A stretch of 64,000 nucleotides of DNA from Tagaea sp. (GTDB taxonomy: Bacteria > Pseudomonadota > Alphaproteobacteria > CACIAM-22H2), in assembly GCA_965279525.1 (NCBI GenBank), contig CBDIIB010000002.1, forward strand, positions 352,001 through 416,000, written 5' to 3'. Position 1 is the first letter of the stretch. Each line of letters opens with the position of its first letter. This document shows, in pieces, positions 46,584 to 56,235 of this stretch. Position numbers and translations under genes: made by a program. The notes under the pieces are model-generated. The model made no database searches. It was given only the letters and a program-made list of their open reading frames with translations, and was not told the origin of the DNA.

Positions 46584-47410
46584 CCACGCCCTGCATCATC
46601 ACGGTGGCGATCACGGGATCGCTGCCGCAGAAGAAGAACAATCCGGCGGTTCCGATCACGATCCCGGAGCAGGTCGAATCGACCCACGCGGCGTTCGAGG
46701 CCGGAGCCACGCTGGCGCACTGCCACGTGCGCAACGACGACGGCACGCCGACTTCGGATCCCGAGCGGTTCGCACGCCTCGTCGAGGGACTGCGCAAGCA
46801 CTGCCCGGGCCTGATCGTCCAGCTCTCCACCGGTGGGCGCTCGGGTGCGGGCAAGGAACGCGGCGGCATGCTGGGCACGAAGCCCGACATGGCTTCCCTT
46901 GCCACCGGCTCGGTCAATTTCCCGACGCGCGTCTACGACAACAGCCCGGACCTGGTCGAATGGCTGGCGGGCGAGATGAAGCGGCTGGGCATCAAGCCGG
47001 AGGTCGAGGCCTTCGACCTGTCGATGGTGTTCAAGGCCGCCGAGATGGGGAAATCGGGCCAGATCGTCGGACCGCTGCACGTGCAGTTCGTCATGGGCGT
47101 CAAGAACGCGATGCCGGTCGACCGGCCGGCGTTCGAGTTCTACGTGGCGACGTTGAAGCGCCTGGCTCCCGACGCGACGTGGACGGGTGCCGGCATCGGG
47201 CGCGACCAATTGACGCTGAACCGCTGGAGCCTCGAACTGGGCGGGCACTGCCGCACCGGTCTGGAAGACAATATCCGGATGGACGAGAGCACGCTGGCGC
47301 CTTCGAACGCGGCCCTGGTCGCGCGCGTGGCGACGCTCTGCGCGGAATACGGCAGGCGGCCCGCAACGGCCACCGAAGCGCGCGCCATTCTCGGGCTCGC
47401 CAGCGTCTAG
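46580..47410 (+). CDS. Beta-keto acid cleavage enzyme (BKACE/DUF849)
   Basis: CIITVAITGS, HCHVR, STGGRS, RTGLEDN. Confidence 0.92.
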   Translation: MTTPCIITVAITGSLPQKKNNPAVPITIPEQVESTHAAFEAGATLAHCHVRNDDGTPTSDPERFARLVEGLRKHCPGLIVQLSTGGRSGAGKERGGMLGTKPDMASLATGSVNFPTRVYDNSPDLVEWLAGEMKRLGIKPEVEAFDLSMVFKAAEMGKSGQIVGPLHVQFVMGVKNAMPVDRPAFEFYVATLKRLAPDATWTGAGIGRDQLTLNRWSLELGGHCRTGLEDNIRMDESTLAPSNAALVARVATLCAEYGRRPATATEARAILGLASV

Positions 47411-47425
47411 ACGAAGCGGGAGGGA

Positions 47426-48154
47426 ATGACGATGGAGACTGGCGAATTCTACCGCCGCGACCGAGCATGGCATCCACCGGGGTTTTCGCCCGGATACAGG
47501 TCGACCGCCCTGCGCAGTCCGCAAAGGGCGCTTTTGTCGCTGCCGCCTTCGCCGGTCGACCTGTCGGGGCCGGTTTTCGGACACGACATGCTCGATCCGC
47601 TCGATCATGACCTCATCTCGAATTTCGGTACCGGCGCCGAGGCGATCGGCGAACGCATCGTCGTGCACGGGCGCGTCAGCGACCAGAACGGCCGGCCGGT
47701 GCCTGGCGCGCTGATCGAGATCTGGCAGGCCAATGCCGGTGGACGCTACAGGCACGTGCGCGATGGCTATGTCGCACCGCTGGATCCGAATTTCGGCGGA
47801 TGTGGCCGGGTTCTCAGCGATTCCGACGGGCGTTATGCGTTCCGTACGGTCCGGCCCGGGCCATACCCATTCCGCAACAACGGCTCGGACTGGCGGCCGG
47901 CGCATATCCACCTGTCGCTCTTCGGGCAGGCCTTCGCGCAGCGCCTGATCACGCAGTTCTACTTCGAGGGCGACCCGCTGATCGCGAAATGCCCGATCGT
48001 CAACACGATCGCCGACAAGGCCGCGATCGAGATGCTGGTCGCAAGGCTCGATCTGGAAAACCAGGGGCCGTTCGACCATCTGACCTACCGGTTCGACATC
48101 GTCCTTCGTGGCCGACGCTCGACGTTCTTCGAGAACCGCCTGGAGGGCAACTGA
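47426..48154 (+). CDS. pcaH: Protocatechuate 3,4-dioxygenase beta subunit
   Basis: EIWQANAGGRYRH, PG.YP.RN...WRPAHIH.S, LITQ.YFEGDP. Confidence 0.96.
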   Translation: MTMETGEFYRRDRAWHPPGFSPGYRSTALRSPQRALLSLPPSPVDLSGPVFGHDMLDPLDHDLISNFGTGAEAIGERIVVHGRVSDQNGRPVPGALIEIWQANAGGRYRHVRDGYVAPLDPNFGGCGRVLSDSDGRYAFRTVRPGPYPFRNNGSDWRPAHIHLSLFGQAFAQRLITQFYFEGDPLIAKCPIVNTIADKAAIEMLVARLDLENQGPFDHLTYRFDIVLRGRRSTFFENRLEGN

Positions 48155-48155
48155 C

Positions 48156-48725
48156 ATGCCGGTCGAGCCGCTGAAGGAAACCCCGTCGCAGACGGCCGGT
48201 CCTTACGTCCATATCGGTACCTGGCCATCGGTCGCCGGCCTCGCCGTGCGGACGCAGGAAAAGCCCAACGTACTGGTCGGTTCCGCCGCGAAGGGCGAAC
48301 GCATCCGGATCGAAGGCGTCGTACGCGACGGTGCGGGCTCGATCGTGACGGATGCCATGCTTGAGATCTGGCAGGCGGACGCTGGCGGAAAACTGCCCGG
48401 CCTGTGGGGGCGCGCGGTCAGCGACTTCCAGACCGGCGAATGGTTCTTCGAGACGGTCAAGCCTGGTGTCGTGCAGGCGAAGGCCGAAGCGCCTTGCGTG
48501 ACGGTGCTGGTGTTCGCGCGCGGCATCAACATCCACCTTCACACGCGGATGTACTTTTCCGACGAGGCGGCCGCGAACGCGACCGACCCGACGCTCAAAG
48601 CCGTCGCGGAGCCGCATCTCCAGAAGACCCTGATTGCCGCCCGTACGACGCGCGACGGCCAGATCGTCTACCGTTTCGACATCCGTCTGCAGGGCGAAGG
48701 CGAGACGGTCTTCTTCGACGTCTAG
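48156..48725 (+). CDS. pcaG: Protocatechuate 3,4-dioxygenase alpha subunit
   Basis: LKETPSQTAGPYVHIG, FARGINI.L.TR.YF, FDIRLQGE.ETVFFD. Confidence 0.95.
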   Translation: MPVEPLKETPSQTAGPYVHIGTWPSVAGLAVRTQEKPNVLVGSAAKGERIRIEGVVRDGAGSIVTDAMLEIWQADAGGKLPGLWGRAVSDFQTGEWFFETVKPGVVQAKAEAPCVTVLVFARGINIHLHTRMYFSDEAAANATDPTLKAVAEPHLQKTLIAARTTRDGQIVYRFDIRLQGEGETVFFDV

Positions 48726-49969
48726 GCCGCCATTGCGCGCGACGGCTGGCGCGGCAGGAACGCCGTCAGCAGTCCGATCGCGGGCAGGAACGAGCAGATG
48801 AGATAGACCGTCTCGATGCTCGTATAGTCGGCAATACGGCCGATCGCCGCCGCTCCCAGTCCGCCGAGACCGAAAGAGAAACCGAAAAACAGGCCCGCGA
48901 CCATGCCCACGCGGCCGGGCATCAGCTCCTGCGCGTAGACAAGAATCGCCGAGAAGGCCGAGGACATCATCAGGCCGATGACGAGCGACAGGACGAGCGT
49001 GACTGGCAACCCGGCATAGGGCATCGCCAGCGTGAACGGCAGGGGGCCGAGGATGGAGAACCAGATGATCGGGATCCGCCCGACCTTGTCGCCGATCCAG
49101 CCGCCGGCGAGCGTGCCAAGTGCGAGCGACGTCAGGAACGCGAACAGGGCGATCTGCGCGAACTGGACGGATACCTCGAACTTGTGGATCAGGTAAAACG
49201 TGTAATAGGACGTCAGGCTCGCGGTGTAGAAGGTCTTCGAGAACAGCAGAGCGACGAGGACCGCGACCGCGAGAATCACCTGATTCCTCGGCAGCGGAAG
49301 GCTCGGGGCCACCTTTCTGGCGCGCGGGCCGGCGACGGCGCCCGCTCGGCGGCGCTCGGCGTACCACCGGCCGACGGCAAACAGGATCGACATCGCGACG
49401 AAAGCAGCGGCCGAGAACCAGATGATGCTGCCCTGGCCCTGCGGCACGATGATGAATGCCGCAAGCAGGGGACCGATCGCGGAACCGGTGTTGCCGCCGA
49501 CCTGAAACAGCGACTGGGCAAGCCCGTGCCGCCCGCCGGATGCAAGGCGCGCGACGCGCGAGGCCTCAGGGTGGAAGACGGCCGAGCCGACGCCGATCAG
49601 GGCGGCTGCCGCAAGGATCGACGGATAGCTCGATGCCTGCGACATCATCACGAGTCCGCAGAGCGTGAATCCCATGCCGATGGCCAGCGAATAGGGCATC
49701 GGCCGGCGATCCGTGGTGAACCCGACGATCGGCTGCAGCATCGAGGCCGTGCATTGGAAGGCGAGCGTGATGAGGCCGATCTGCGCGTAGTCGAGCGCGT
49801 ACGATTCCTTGAGGATCGGATAGATCGCCGGCACCATCGACTGCATCATGTCGTTGAGCATGTGGCAGAAGCTGAGCGAGAAGATGACGGCGAATGCGGA
49901 ATCATCGGCCGCAGCCGAGCGTGCATCTTCAGTCTTCGGGGCGGGAGCGGTCACGGCGTCGTCGGGCAT
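48722..49969 (-). CDS. MFS transporter, Fsr-like
   Basis: H.LND..QS..PA.YP; FHPEASRVAR.ASGGR.G.AQS.FQVGGN. Confidence 0.9.
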   Translation of the reverse strand: MPDDAVTAPAPKTEDARSAAADDSAFAVIFSLSFCHMLNDMMQSMVPAIYPILKESYALDYAQIGLITLAFQCTASMLQPIVGFTTDRRPMPYSLAIGMGFTLCGLVMMSQASSYPSILAAAALIGVGSAVFHPEASRVARLASGGRHGLAQSLFQVGGNTGSAIGPLLAAFIIVPQGQGSIIWFSAAAFVAMSILFAVGRWYAERRRAGAVAGPRARKVAPSLPLPRNQVILAVAVLVALLFSKTFYTASLTSYYTFYLIHKFEVSVQFAQIALFAFLTSLALGTLAGGWIGDKVGRIPIIWFSILGPLPFTLAMPYAGLPVTLVLSLVIGLMMSSAFSAILVYAQELMPGRVGMVAGLFFGFSFGLGGLGAAAIGRIADYTSIETVYLICSFLPAIGLLTAFLPRQPSRAMAA

Positions 49970-49992
49970 CGCGGAATCCTCGAAGGTGCGGT

Positions 49993-50730
49993 TCAGGCGC
50001 CGTGGCGCATGCGGGTCGAGACGATCTGGCCGGTCATGAAGCGGCCGGCAGTGCCGGCGAGAAATAGCACGATCTCGGCGATCTCCTCGGGCAAACTGTG
50101 CGTTCCGAGCACGTCCAGCGCCTGTTTTTCCTGCCATTGCGGATTGCCCCCGCGGGCAAGCGGCGTATCGGTCATGCCCGGATTGATGCCGTTCACGGTC
50201 ACGCCGTACTTGCCCATGTTGAGCGCAAGGCTCTTGGCGAGCGCGATCATGCCCCCCTTGGCGGCGGCGTAGTGCGCGAAATCAATGCTGCCGTGCACGC
50301 CACGATCGGACGTCATGAGGATCATCGTTCCGGATCGCTGGTCCGCCATGACCCGGGCCACATCGCGCGTGACGTAGAACGTCCCGTCGAGATTGATCCG
50401 CATCACGTGCCGCCACTGTTCGTCGGTCATCTCGAGCAGCGGATTCTTCGGGTAGATCCCGGCGGCGTGCAGCAGGATGTCGATCCGTCCGAAGGTCGAT
50501 CGTACATCCTCGACGAGCCGGGCGACCTGTGCCGAGTCGCCGACATCGAGTTCGTGGGCGCGTGCGGTCCCCTGTCGGTCGGATATCTCGGCCGCAGCCG
50601 CCTCGGCCGCAGGTCCGTTCCGGTCGGCGAGGACCACGTTTGCGCCGTTCCGCGCGAGCAGTCGCGCCGACGCCAGGCCGATGCCGGACGCGCCGCCCGT
50701 CACGATCGCGGTCTTTCCGGTCAGGCTCAT
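49993..50730 (-). CDS. SDR oxidoreductase
   Basis: TGGASGIG; YAAAK. Confidence 0.92.
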   Translation of the reverse strand: MSLTGKTAIVTGGASGIGLASARLLARNGANVVLADRNGPAAEAAAAEISDRQGTARAHELDVGDSAQVARLVEDVRSTFGRIDILLHAAGIYPKNPLLEMTDEQWRHVMRINLDGTFYVTRDVARVMADQRSGTMILMTSDRGVHGSIDFAHYAAAKGGMIALAKSLALNMGKYGVTVNGINPGMTDTPLARGGNPQWQEKQALDVLGTHSLPEEIAEIVLFLAGTAGRFMTGQIVSTRMRHGA

Positions 50731-50744
50731 GCTTGATTCCTTTT

Positions 50745-51527
50745 TCATGTGCCGGCCAGCCAGGCGCCGTCGATGGCGATCGGCGTTCCCGTCATGTCAC
50801 CGGCGTCATCGCTGCAAAGGAAGGCGGCAAGTGCCCCGACCTTCTCGGGTGCCACCAGTCGCCGCGACGGCTGGTGGCCGATCCAGAACGCGTCCAGCGT
50901 CTCTTCCATCGTCTTTCCCGACGCGGCGCTGCGCTCGGCAAGGACCTTGCGCATGTTCGGCGTGTCGACCGCACCGGGGCAGAGCGCGTTGCAGGTGACG
51001 TTGTACGCGATTCCTTCCAGCGCCACCGTGCGCGTCAGGCCGACTAGGCCGTGCTTGGTGGCGCAGTAGTCGACGCGCCGGGGGGTGCCGATCACGCCAT
51101 AGGTCGAGGCAAGATTGATGATTCGGCCCCATCGGCGCGACTTCATGCCCGCCATTGTCAGGCGGATGAGGTGGAACGGTGCCGAAAGGTTGACGGCGAT
51201 CGCGTAGTCCCATTTGTCGGCGGGAAAATTTTCGATTTCGGCCGAGTGTCGCGTAACCGCGTTGTTGACGAGGATGTCGATGGTGCCGAAGCGGCGCTCC
51301 GTGGCGGAAACCATCTCCTCGATCTGTGCCGGCTTCGAGATGTCGGCGCCGTGATAGTCGGCCTCGCCCCCATGTCGCCGCAGGGCCCGCGTGCGCTCGC
51401 CGACCAGCTCGGCCGGGCCGAAGCCGTTGAGCATGATGCTGGCGCCCTTCGCGGCAAGCGCGTCGGCGATCGCGAACCCGATCCCGTCGAGTGAACCCGT
51501 GATAAGTGCCGTGCGGCCCTTGAGCAT
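50745..51527 (-). CDS. SDR, 3-hydroxybutyrate dehydrogenase-like
   Basis: TGSLDGIG, LNGFG, YCATKHG.VGLT, CNA.CPG.V.TP. Confidence 0.88.
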   Translation of the reverse strand: MLKGRTALITGSLDGIGFAIADALAAKGASIMLNGFGPAELVGERTRALRRHGGEADYHGADISKPAQIEEMVSATERRFGTIDILVNNAVTRHSAEIENFPADKWDYAIAVNLSAPFHLIRLTMAGMKSRRWGRIINLASTYGVIGTPRRVDYCATKHGLVGLTRTVALEGIAYNVTCNALCPGAVDTPNMRKVLAERSAASGKTMEETLDAFWIGHQPSRRLVAPEKVGALAAFLCSDDAGDMTGTPIAIDGAWLAGT

Positions 51528-51544
51528 CGATATGTCTTTCCGGT

Positions 51545-53044
51545 TCAGTCCTTGAGGGCGATTTCGCGGGTCTTGCGGAAGTTCGGGCTGACGACGAAGG
51601 CAAGCGCGATGGCGGCGAATGCCAGCATCGTCGCGCTGATCGGACTCGTCAGGAACACCATCGGATCGCCGCGCGACAGCAGCATGGCCCGCCGGAGATA
51701 CTCCTCCATCAACGGCCCGAGGATGTACCCGAGCAGCATCGGCGCCGGCTCGCAGCCGAGTTTCGAGAGGACATATCCGATGGCCCCGAACGCGGCGAGA
51801 ACCCAGAGGTCGAAGATCGAGTTGTTGAGGCTGACGGCGCCGATCGCGCAGAACACGAGGATCGCCGGGAAAAGCAGGTGATACGGAACGGCAAGCAGCC
51901 GGACCCACATCCCGATGAGCGGCAGGTTGAGGACGAGCAGCATCAGGTTGCCGATCCACATCGACACGATCAGGCCCCAGAACAGGTCGGGCTTCGCTGT
52001 CATCACCTGCGGGCCGGGGCTGATGCCCTGGATGATCATCGCGCCGATCATCAGCGCCATGACCGGATTGGACGGGATGCCGAGCGTCAGCATCGGGATG
52101 AAGCTTGTCTGCGCGCCGGCATTGTTGGCGCTTTCCGGTCCCGCCACGCCCTGGATGGCGCCGTGGCCGAACTCAGCCGGATTGTCAGCGATCTTCTTCT
52201 CGACCGAATACGAAGCGAAAGACGCGAGAAGCGCGCCGCCGCCGGGCAGTATCCCGAGAATCGAGCCGAGCGCCGTGCCGCGCACGATCGGCCCGAGCAT
52301 CCGGCGGAAATCCTCGCGCGTCGGGAGAAGATTGGTGACTTTCTCGGCGACCATCGTCCGGACATGCTGGTTCTCGAGATTGCGGACGATTTCGGCGATG
52401 CCGAACATGCCCATCGCGATGCCGACGAAGCCGATCCCGTCCGACAGGTCCGTCGTGTCGAACGTGAAGCGCTGCTGGCCGCTGTTCACGTCGGTTCCGA
52501 CGAGTCCGAGCAGCAGGCCGAGCAGGATCATGGCGAAGGCCTTCAGCAGGGATCCCGACGCGATGACGACGGCGCCCACGAGCCCGAGCACCATCAGCGA
52601 GAAATAGTCGGCAGGACCGAAATTGAGTGCGACCTTGGCAAGTGGCGGGGCGAACAGGATGATGACGCCGGTGGCAACCGTCCCGGCGAAGAAGGAGCCG
52701 ATCGCGGCGGTGGCAAGGGCCACGCCGGCGCGGCCCTTGCGGGCCATCTGATAGCCATCGATCGCCGTCACGATGGACGAGCTTTCGCCCGGAATGTTGA
52801 TGAGGATCGCCGTCGTCGATCCGCCATACTGTGCGCCATAGTAGATTCCGGAAAGCATGATCAGCGCGCTGGTCGGCGACAGCGTGAATGTGATCGGCAG
52901 CAGCATGGCGATCGTGGCGGCGGGCCCGAGGCCCGGGAGGACGCCGATCAGCGTGCCCAGGAGCACGCCGACGAAGCAGAACGCGATATTGGTCAGCGAC
53001 AGCGCTTCGCCGAAACCCAGCATCACGTTTGCGACGACATCCAT
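51545..53044 (-). CDS. tctA: Tripartite tricarboxylate transporter large subunit
   Basis: GVLPGLGP, YYGAQYGG, PESANNA. Confidence 0.95.
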   Translation of the reverse strand: MDVVANVMLGFGEALSLTNIAFCFVGVLLGTLIGVLPGLGPAATIAMLLPITFTLSPTSALIMLSGIYYGAQYGGSTTAILINIPGESSSIVTAIDGYQMARKGRAGVALATAAIGSFFAGTVATGVIILFAPPLAKVALNFGPADYFSLMVLGLVGAVVIASGSLLKAFAMILLGLLLGLVGTDVNSGQQRFTFDTTDLSDGIGFVGIAMGMFGIAEIVRNLENQHVRTMVAEKVTNLLPTREDFRRMLGPIVRGTALGSILGILPGGGALLASFASYSVEKKIADNPAEFGHGAIQGVAGPESANNAGAQTSFIPMLTLGIPSNPVMALMIGAMIIQGISPGPQVMTAKPDLFWGLIVSMWIGNLMLLVLNLPLIGMWVRLLAVPYHLLFPAILVFCAIGAVSLNNSIFDLWVLAAFGAIGYVLSKLGCEPAPMLLGYILGPLMEEYLRRAMLLSRGDPMVFLTSPISATMLAFAAIALAFVVSPNFRKTREIALKD

Positions 53045-53053
53045 CGTGCCGCC

Positions 53054-53515
53054 TCAGATCCCGAACCAGGTGCCGAACGCCGGCAACGGAAGGCCGAGGC
53101 CGAAGCGGAAGACGCTCCAGGAAAACAGGGCGAGCACCGCGGCGAGGGCAAGTGCCGTCGTCGGGCGGAAGCGATCGCTGGCGGCAAAGCTCGTGATCGT
53201 CAGCAGGACGATCGCTGGCACGAGGCCGGCCCCACGGACCGTCAGGCCGAACACGACGATCGCGGCGACGACGACCAGCAACGGCCGCCACGAGAAGCGC
53301 TCAAGTGCGCCGTCCTTGCCGAACTGGCCCTTGAGCGCCAGCACGGCTCCCAGAAGGGTCAGGAGGATTCCAAGGACCGTCGGAAAATAGCCCGGGCCCA
53401 TCTGCCGCGCGGTACCGAGCCGGTAGTCACCGGAAACCGTCACGAACATGATGCCGAGCCCGACGAAGAGCAGGCCCGTCAGGAGGTCGGTCGGATTTCG
53501 GGGACGCAAGGCCAT
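53054..53515 (-). CDS. tctB: Tripartite tricarboxylate transporter small subunit
   Basis: Y.LGT..QMGPGYFP; four TM segments. Confidence 0.92.
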   Translation of the reverse strand: MALRPRNPTDLLTGLLFVGLGIMFVTVSGDYRLGTARQMGPGYFPTVLGILLTLLGAVLALKGQFGKDGALERFSWRPLLVVVAAIVVFGLTVRGAGLVPAIVLLTITSFAASDRFRPTTALALAAVLALFSWSVFRFGLGLPLPAFGTWFGI

Positions 53516-53537
53516 CGGAGGTCTTTCGTCGGGGAAC

Positions 53538-53563
53538 CGGCCCGGCACGCCCGTGCCGGGCCG
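53538..53563. repeat. Palindrome CGGCCCGGCACG-CC-CGTGCCGGGCCG between tctC and tctB
   Basis: Read directly; shares 10-bp arms with the 27656-27697 palindrome. Confidence 0.65.
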
Positions 53564-53573
53564 TCTCGGGTGT

Positions 53574-54551
53574 CTACTGGGCCGTTATCTTCGCGACGCG
53601 CGCGACGTCCGCCCAGATGTCCATGTCCTTGCGGATGAGTTCGGCGAAAGTCGCCGGCGTGCTCTTGCCGTCGATCTCGTTGCCGGAAGGTGCCATGCGC
53701 TCGAGGACTTCCTTGTTGGTCAGGACCTTGTTGACGGCGGCCGCCATCCGCTCGGCGGCGGCCATCGGCATTCCCTTGGGCCCGAGCAGGCCGTTCCAGT
53801 AGCTGGCGGCGGCGAAATCGGGAAAACCCTGTTCGATCATGGTCGGGATCTCGGGTGCTGCCGCGAGCCGCTGCCGGCTGGTCACGGCAAGCGCCGTGAC
53901 GGTTCCCTGGCGGACCTGCGGCAGGGCGGTGGAAGAGTTGGCGACCGAGAAGTGCACGCGTCCGGCGATCTGGTCGACCATCGCTTCCGGAGATCCGCGG
54001 AAGGGCACGCCGACCGCGTCGATCCCGGTGCGTGCCCGGAACATCTCGGTCACGAAGTGGGACGGTGCGCCGTGCCCTGCGGTCGCATAGAAGAGCTGGC
54101 CCGGCTTGGATTTGGCGAGCGCCACGAGATCCTGCGGCGTCTTGAGCGCCAGCGACGGATGCGCCAGCAGGAGCGAGGGTGTCCAGGCGACGTTGACGAT
54201 CGGCACGAAGCTTTCGCGGACGTTGTAGGTCGTCTTGGTTCCCATCGCGGCGACCATGTTCAGCGCCGACGACGTGAACAGGATCGTGTAGCCGTCCGCC
54301 GCCGCGTTGGCGACGGCCTGCGAGCCGATGACGCCGGCTGCCCCACCGCGGTTCTCGATGATGATCGGCTGACCGAGTTCGGCGCGCAACGCCTCGCTCA
54401 TATGCCGCACCATCACGTCGATGCCGCTGCCCGGCGGCCATGCGACGACGATGGTGACCGGGCGTGCCGGGTAGGTCTGCGCGTCGGCAGAACCCGACAG
54501 TCCGGCGAGCAGGGCGGTTGCACACAGTAGTCCAGCCAATGCGCGTTTCAT
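53574..54551 (-). CDS. tctC: TctC/Bug substrate-binding protein
   Basis: YP.RPV.IVV..PPG...D...R; IENR.GA.G.IG; DGYT.L. Confidence 0.93.
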   Translation of the reverse strand: MKRALAGLLCATALLAGLSGSADAQTYPARPVTIVVAWPPGSGIDVMVRHMSEALRAELGQPIIIENRGGAAGVIGSQAVANAAADGYTILFTSSALNMVAAMGTKTTYNVRESFVPIVNVAWTPSLLLAHPSLALKTPQDLVALAKSKPGQLFYATAGHGAPSHFVTEMFRARTGIDAVGVPFRGSPEAMVDQIAGRVHFSVANSSTALPQVRQGTVTALAVTSRQRLAAAPEIPTMIEQGFPDFAAASYWNGLLGPKGMPMAAAERMAAAVNKVLTNKEVLERMAPSGNEIDGKSTPATFAELIRKDMDIWADVARVAKITAQ

Positions 54552-54616
54552 GGCGTATCTCCCTTTTTCACGGCCTGCCCCGTCGTCGACGGCGCGGCCT
54601 TTTGGCAGTTGCAAGA

Positions 54617-55417
54617 TCAGGCCGTCGTCGACCCCTGTTTTCGCAGCGATGCCGCGGCCGTCTTTGCCGCGGACATCATGTAGCCGATGTCCGTTCCCCC
54701 CATGAAAATGCGCGCACCCAGGGCCGCCATCTCGCCGGCCTCCGGGCCGCCGGCACCGCCGGCCACGAAGTGCTTGCCGTTCGCGCGCGCGGCCTTGGCG
54801 GCCACATGATAGGCGTCCCGGATCCGCGCATGACGGACTTCGCCCGGAATGCCGAGTTCGGCGCTCAGGTCGCTGGGTCCGATCATCAGCGCGTCGATCC
54901 CCGGCACCGCGGCGATCTCGTTCGCGGCCTCGATGCCGTCGGCCGTTTCGAGCATCGCGATGACCATCGTGATGTCGTTGACGATGCGGATGGCTTCCGC
55001 GGCCGGAAGTGAACGATATCGCGTCGTCGGGCCGAGTGCGGCCATCGAACGTCCGCCCTGCAGCGGGAACTTGGCGGCGTGCACCGCGCGGGCGGCGTCC
55101 GTCACGCCCGTGACGTGCGGAACGATCACGCACAGGGCGCCCGCATCGAGTGCGCCCCCGATATCCGCGGCAGCGTTGGCGCGCACGCGCACGGCCGGCA
55201 TCAGTCCCATCATCTGGCCGCTCGCGCAAAGTGCGGCCGTCTCCGCATCGGAAAACATGCCGTGCTCGCGATCGACATAGAAGCCATCGAAGCCGCACTC
55301 GCGAACGATCATAGCGGCATCGGGCGTGCGCAGCTGGCGCAGCGACATCATCGTGACGGGTTCGCCGGCTGCCAGCTTGTGCTTGACGGGATTGACGATC
55401 AGCGTCGCATCGGTCAT
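54617..55417 (-). CDS. HpcH/HpaI aldolase family protein
   Basis: GFD....D.EHG, ALDAGA..VIVPHV, MLET, IGPSDLS. Confidence 0.9.
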   Translation of the reverse strand: MTDATLIVNPVKHKLAAGEPVTMMSLRQLRTPDAAMIVRECGFDGFYVDREHGMFSDAETAALCASGQMMGLMPAVRVRANAAADIGGALDAGALCVIVPHVTGVTDAARAVHAAKFPLQGGRSMAALGPTTRYRSLPAAEAIRIVNDITMVIAMLETADGIEAANEIAAVPGIDALMIGPSDLSAELGIPGEVRHARIRDAYHVAAKAARANGKHFVAGGAGGPEAGEMAALGARIFMGGTDIGYMMSAAKTAAASLRKQGSTTA

Positions 55418-56232
55418 CGGCGCGGTTCTCCTGGCGGGGTCTGCCGTTTGGGCGGCGGATAGCCGCGCGAGGCGAAGCCGGCATCGACCGTGACGATGTG
55501 ACCCGACATGGCGCTGGCACGATCCGAGGCGACGAATGCGACGACGTCGGCGATCTCCGCCGGCTGGATAAGCCGCCCGCGCGGCCAGTCGACGACCAGC
55601 TCCTGCCAGCGCGCCTCGTCGCCAAGCTCGGTGGCAGCGCGCTTGCGCAGCGACCGCTTGGCCTTCTCCGTCTCGACCCATCCCGGGCTTACACCCATCA
55701 CGCGCACGCCATAGTCGAGACTGACGCTGCCCACCGAGCGTGTCAGCGTGGCGATCGCGGAGTTGCCGGCGCCGCCGGCTGCATAAGCGTATTCGAGCTT
55801 CTCGGCGCCGATGCCGATCACATTGACGATGACGCCGCTGCCGCGCGCGCACATCTGGCGATAGAATTCCCGCGTCATGTTGATGTAGCCGAAAATCTTC
55901 AGTTCCCACCCGTCGCGCCATGTCTGCTCGTCGACCGACAGGATGTCGCCGCGCGGCGTGTTGCCGGCGTTGTTGACGAGAATGTCGACGTTTCCGCAGA
56001 TCACCGCGAGCTCCGCCGCGGCGCCGCGTCGGGAAAGGTCGGTCGGATGGACATCGACTTCGACCGCGAAGTTCCTGCGCAGCTCCATCGCGGCGGCAGC
56101 GAGTGCTTCTTCGCTGCGCGCGGACAGATGCAGATGGCAGCCTTCGCGCGCCAGCGATTCGGCGATCGCCCGCCCGATCCCCTGCGAGGCACCGGTGACG
56201 AGTGCGCGGCGTCCCTTGAGGCCGAGATCCAT
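55414..56232 (-). CDS. SDR oxidoreductase, atypical active site
   Basis: TGASQGIG, NNAG; YAAGGAGN in place of YxxxK. Confidence 0.88.
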   Translation of the reverse strand: MDLGLKGRRALVTGASQGIGRAIAESLAREGCHLHLSARSEEALAAAAMELRRNFAVEVDVHPTDLSRRGAAAELAVICGNVDILVNNAGNTPRGDILSVDEQTWRDGWELKIFGYINMTREFYRQMCARGSGVIVNVIGIGAEKLEYAYAAGGAGNSAIATLTRSVGSVSLDYGVRVMGVSPGWVETEKAKRSLRKRAATELGDEARWQELVVDWPRGRLIQPAEIADVVAFVASDRASAMSGHIVTVDAGFASRGYPPPKRQTPPGEPRR

Positions 56233-56235
56233 CCG

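Noticed and set aside
48380-48420. pcaG as a pseudogene because of the short WQADAGGKLPGLWGR segment
   Set aside because: The frame is intact and both termini are conserved; it looks like an in-frame loop shortening.
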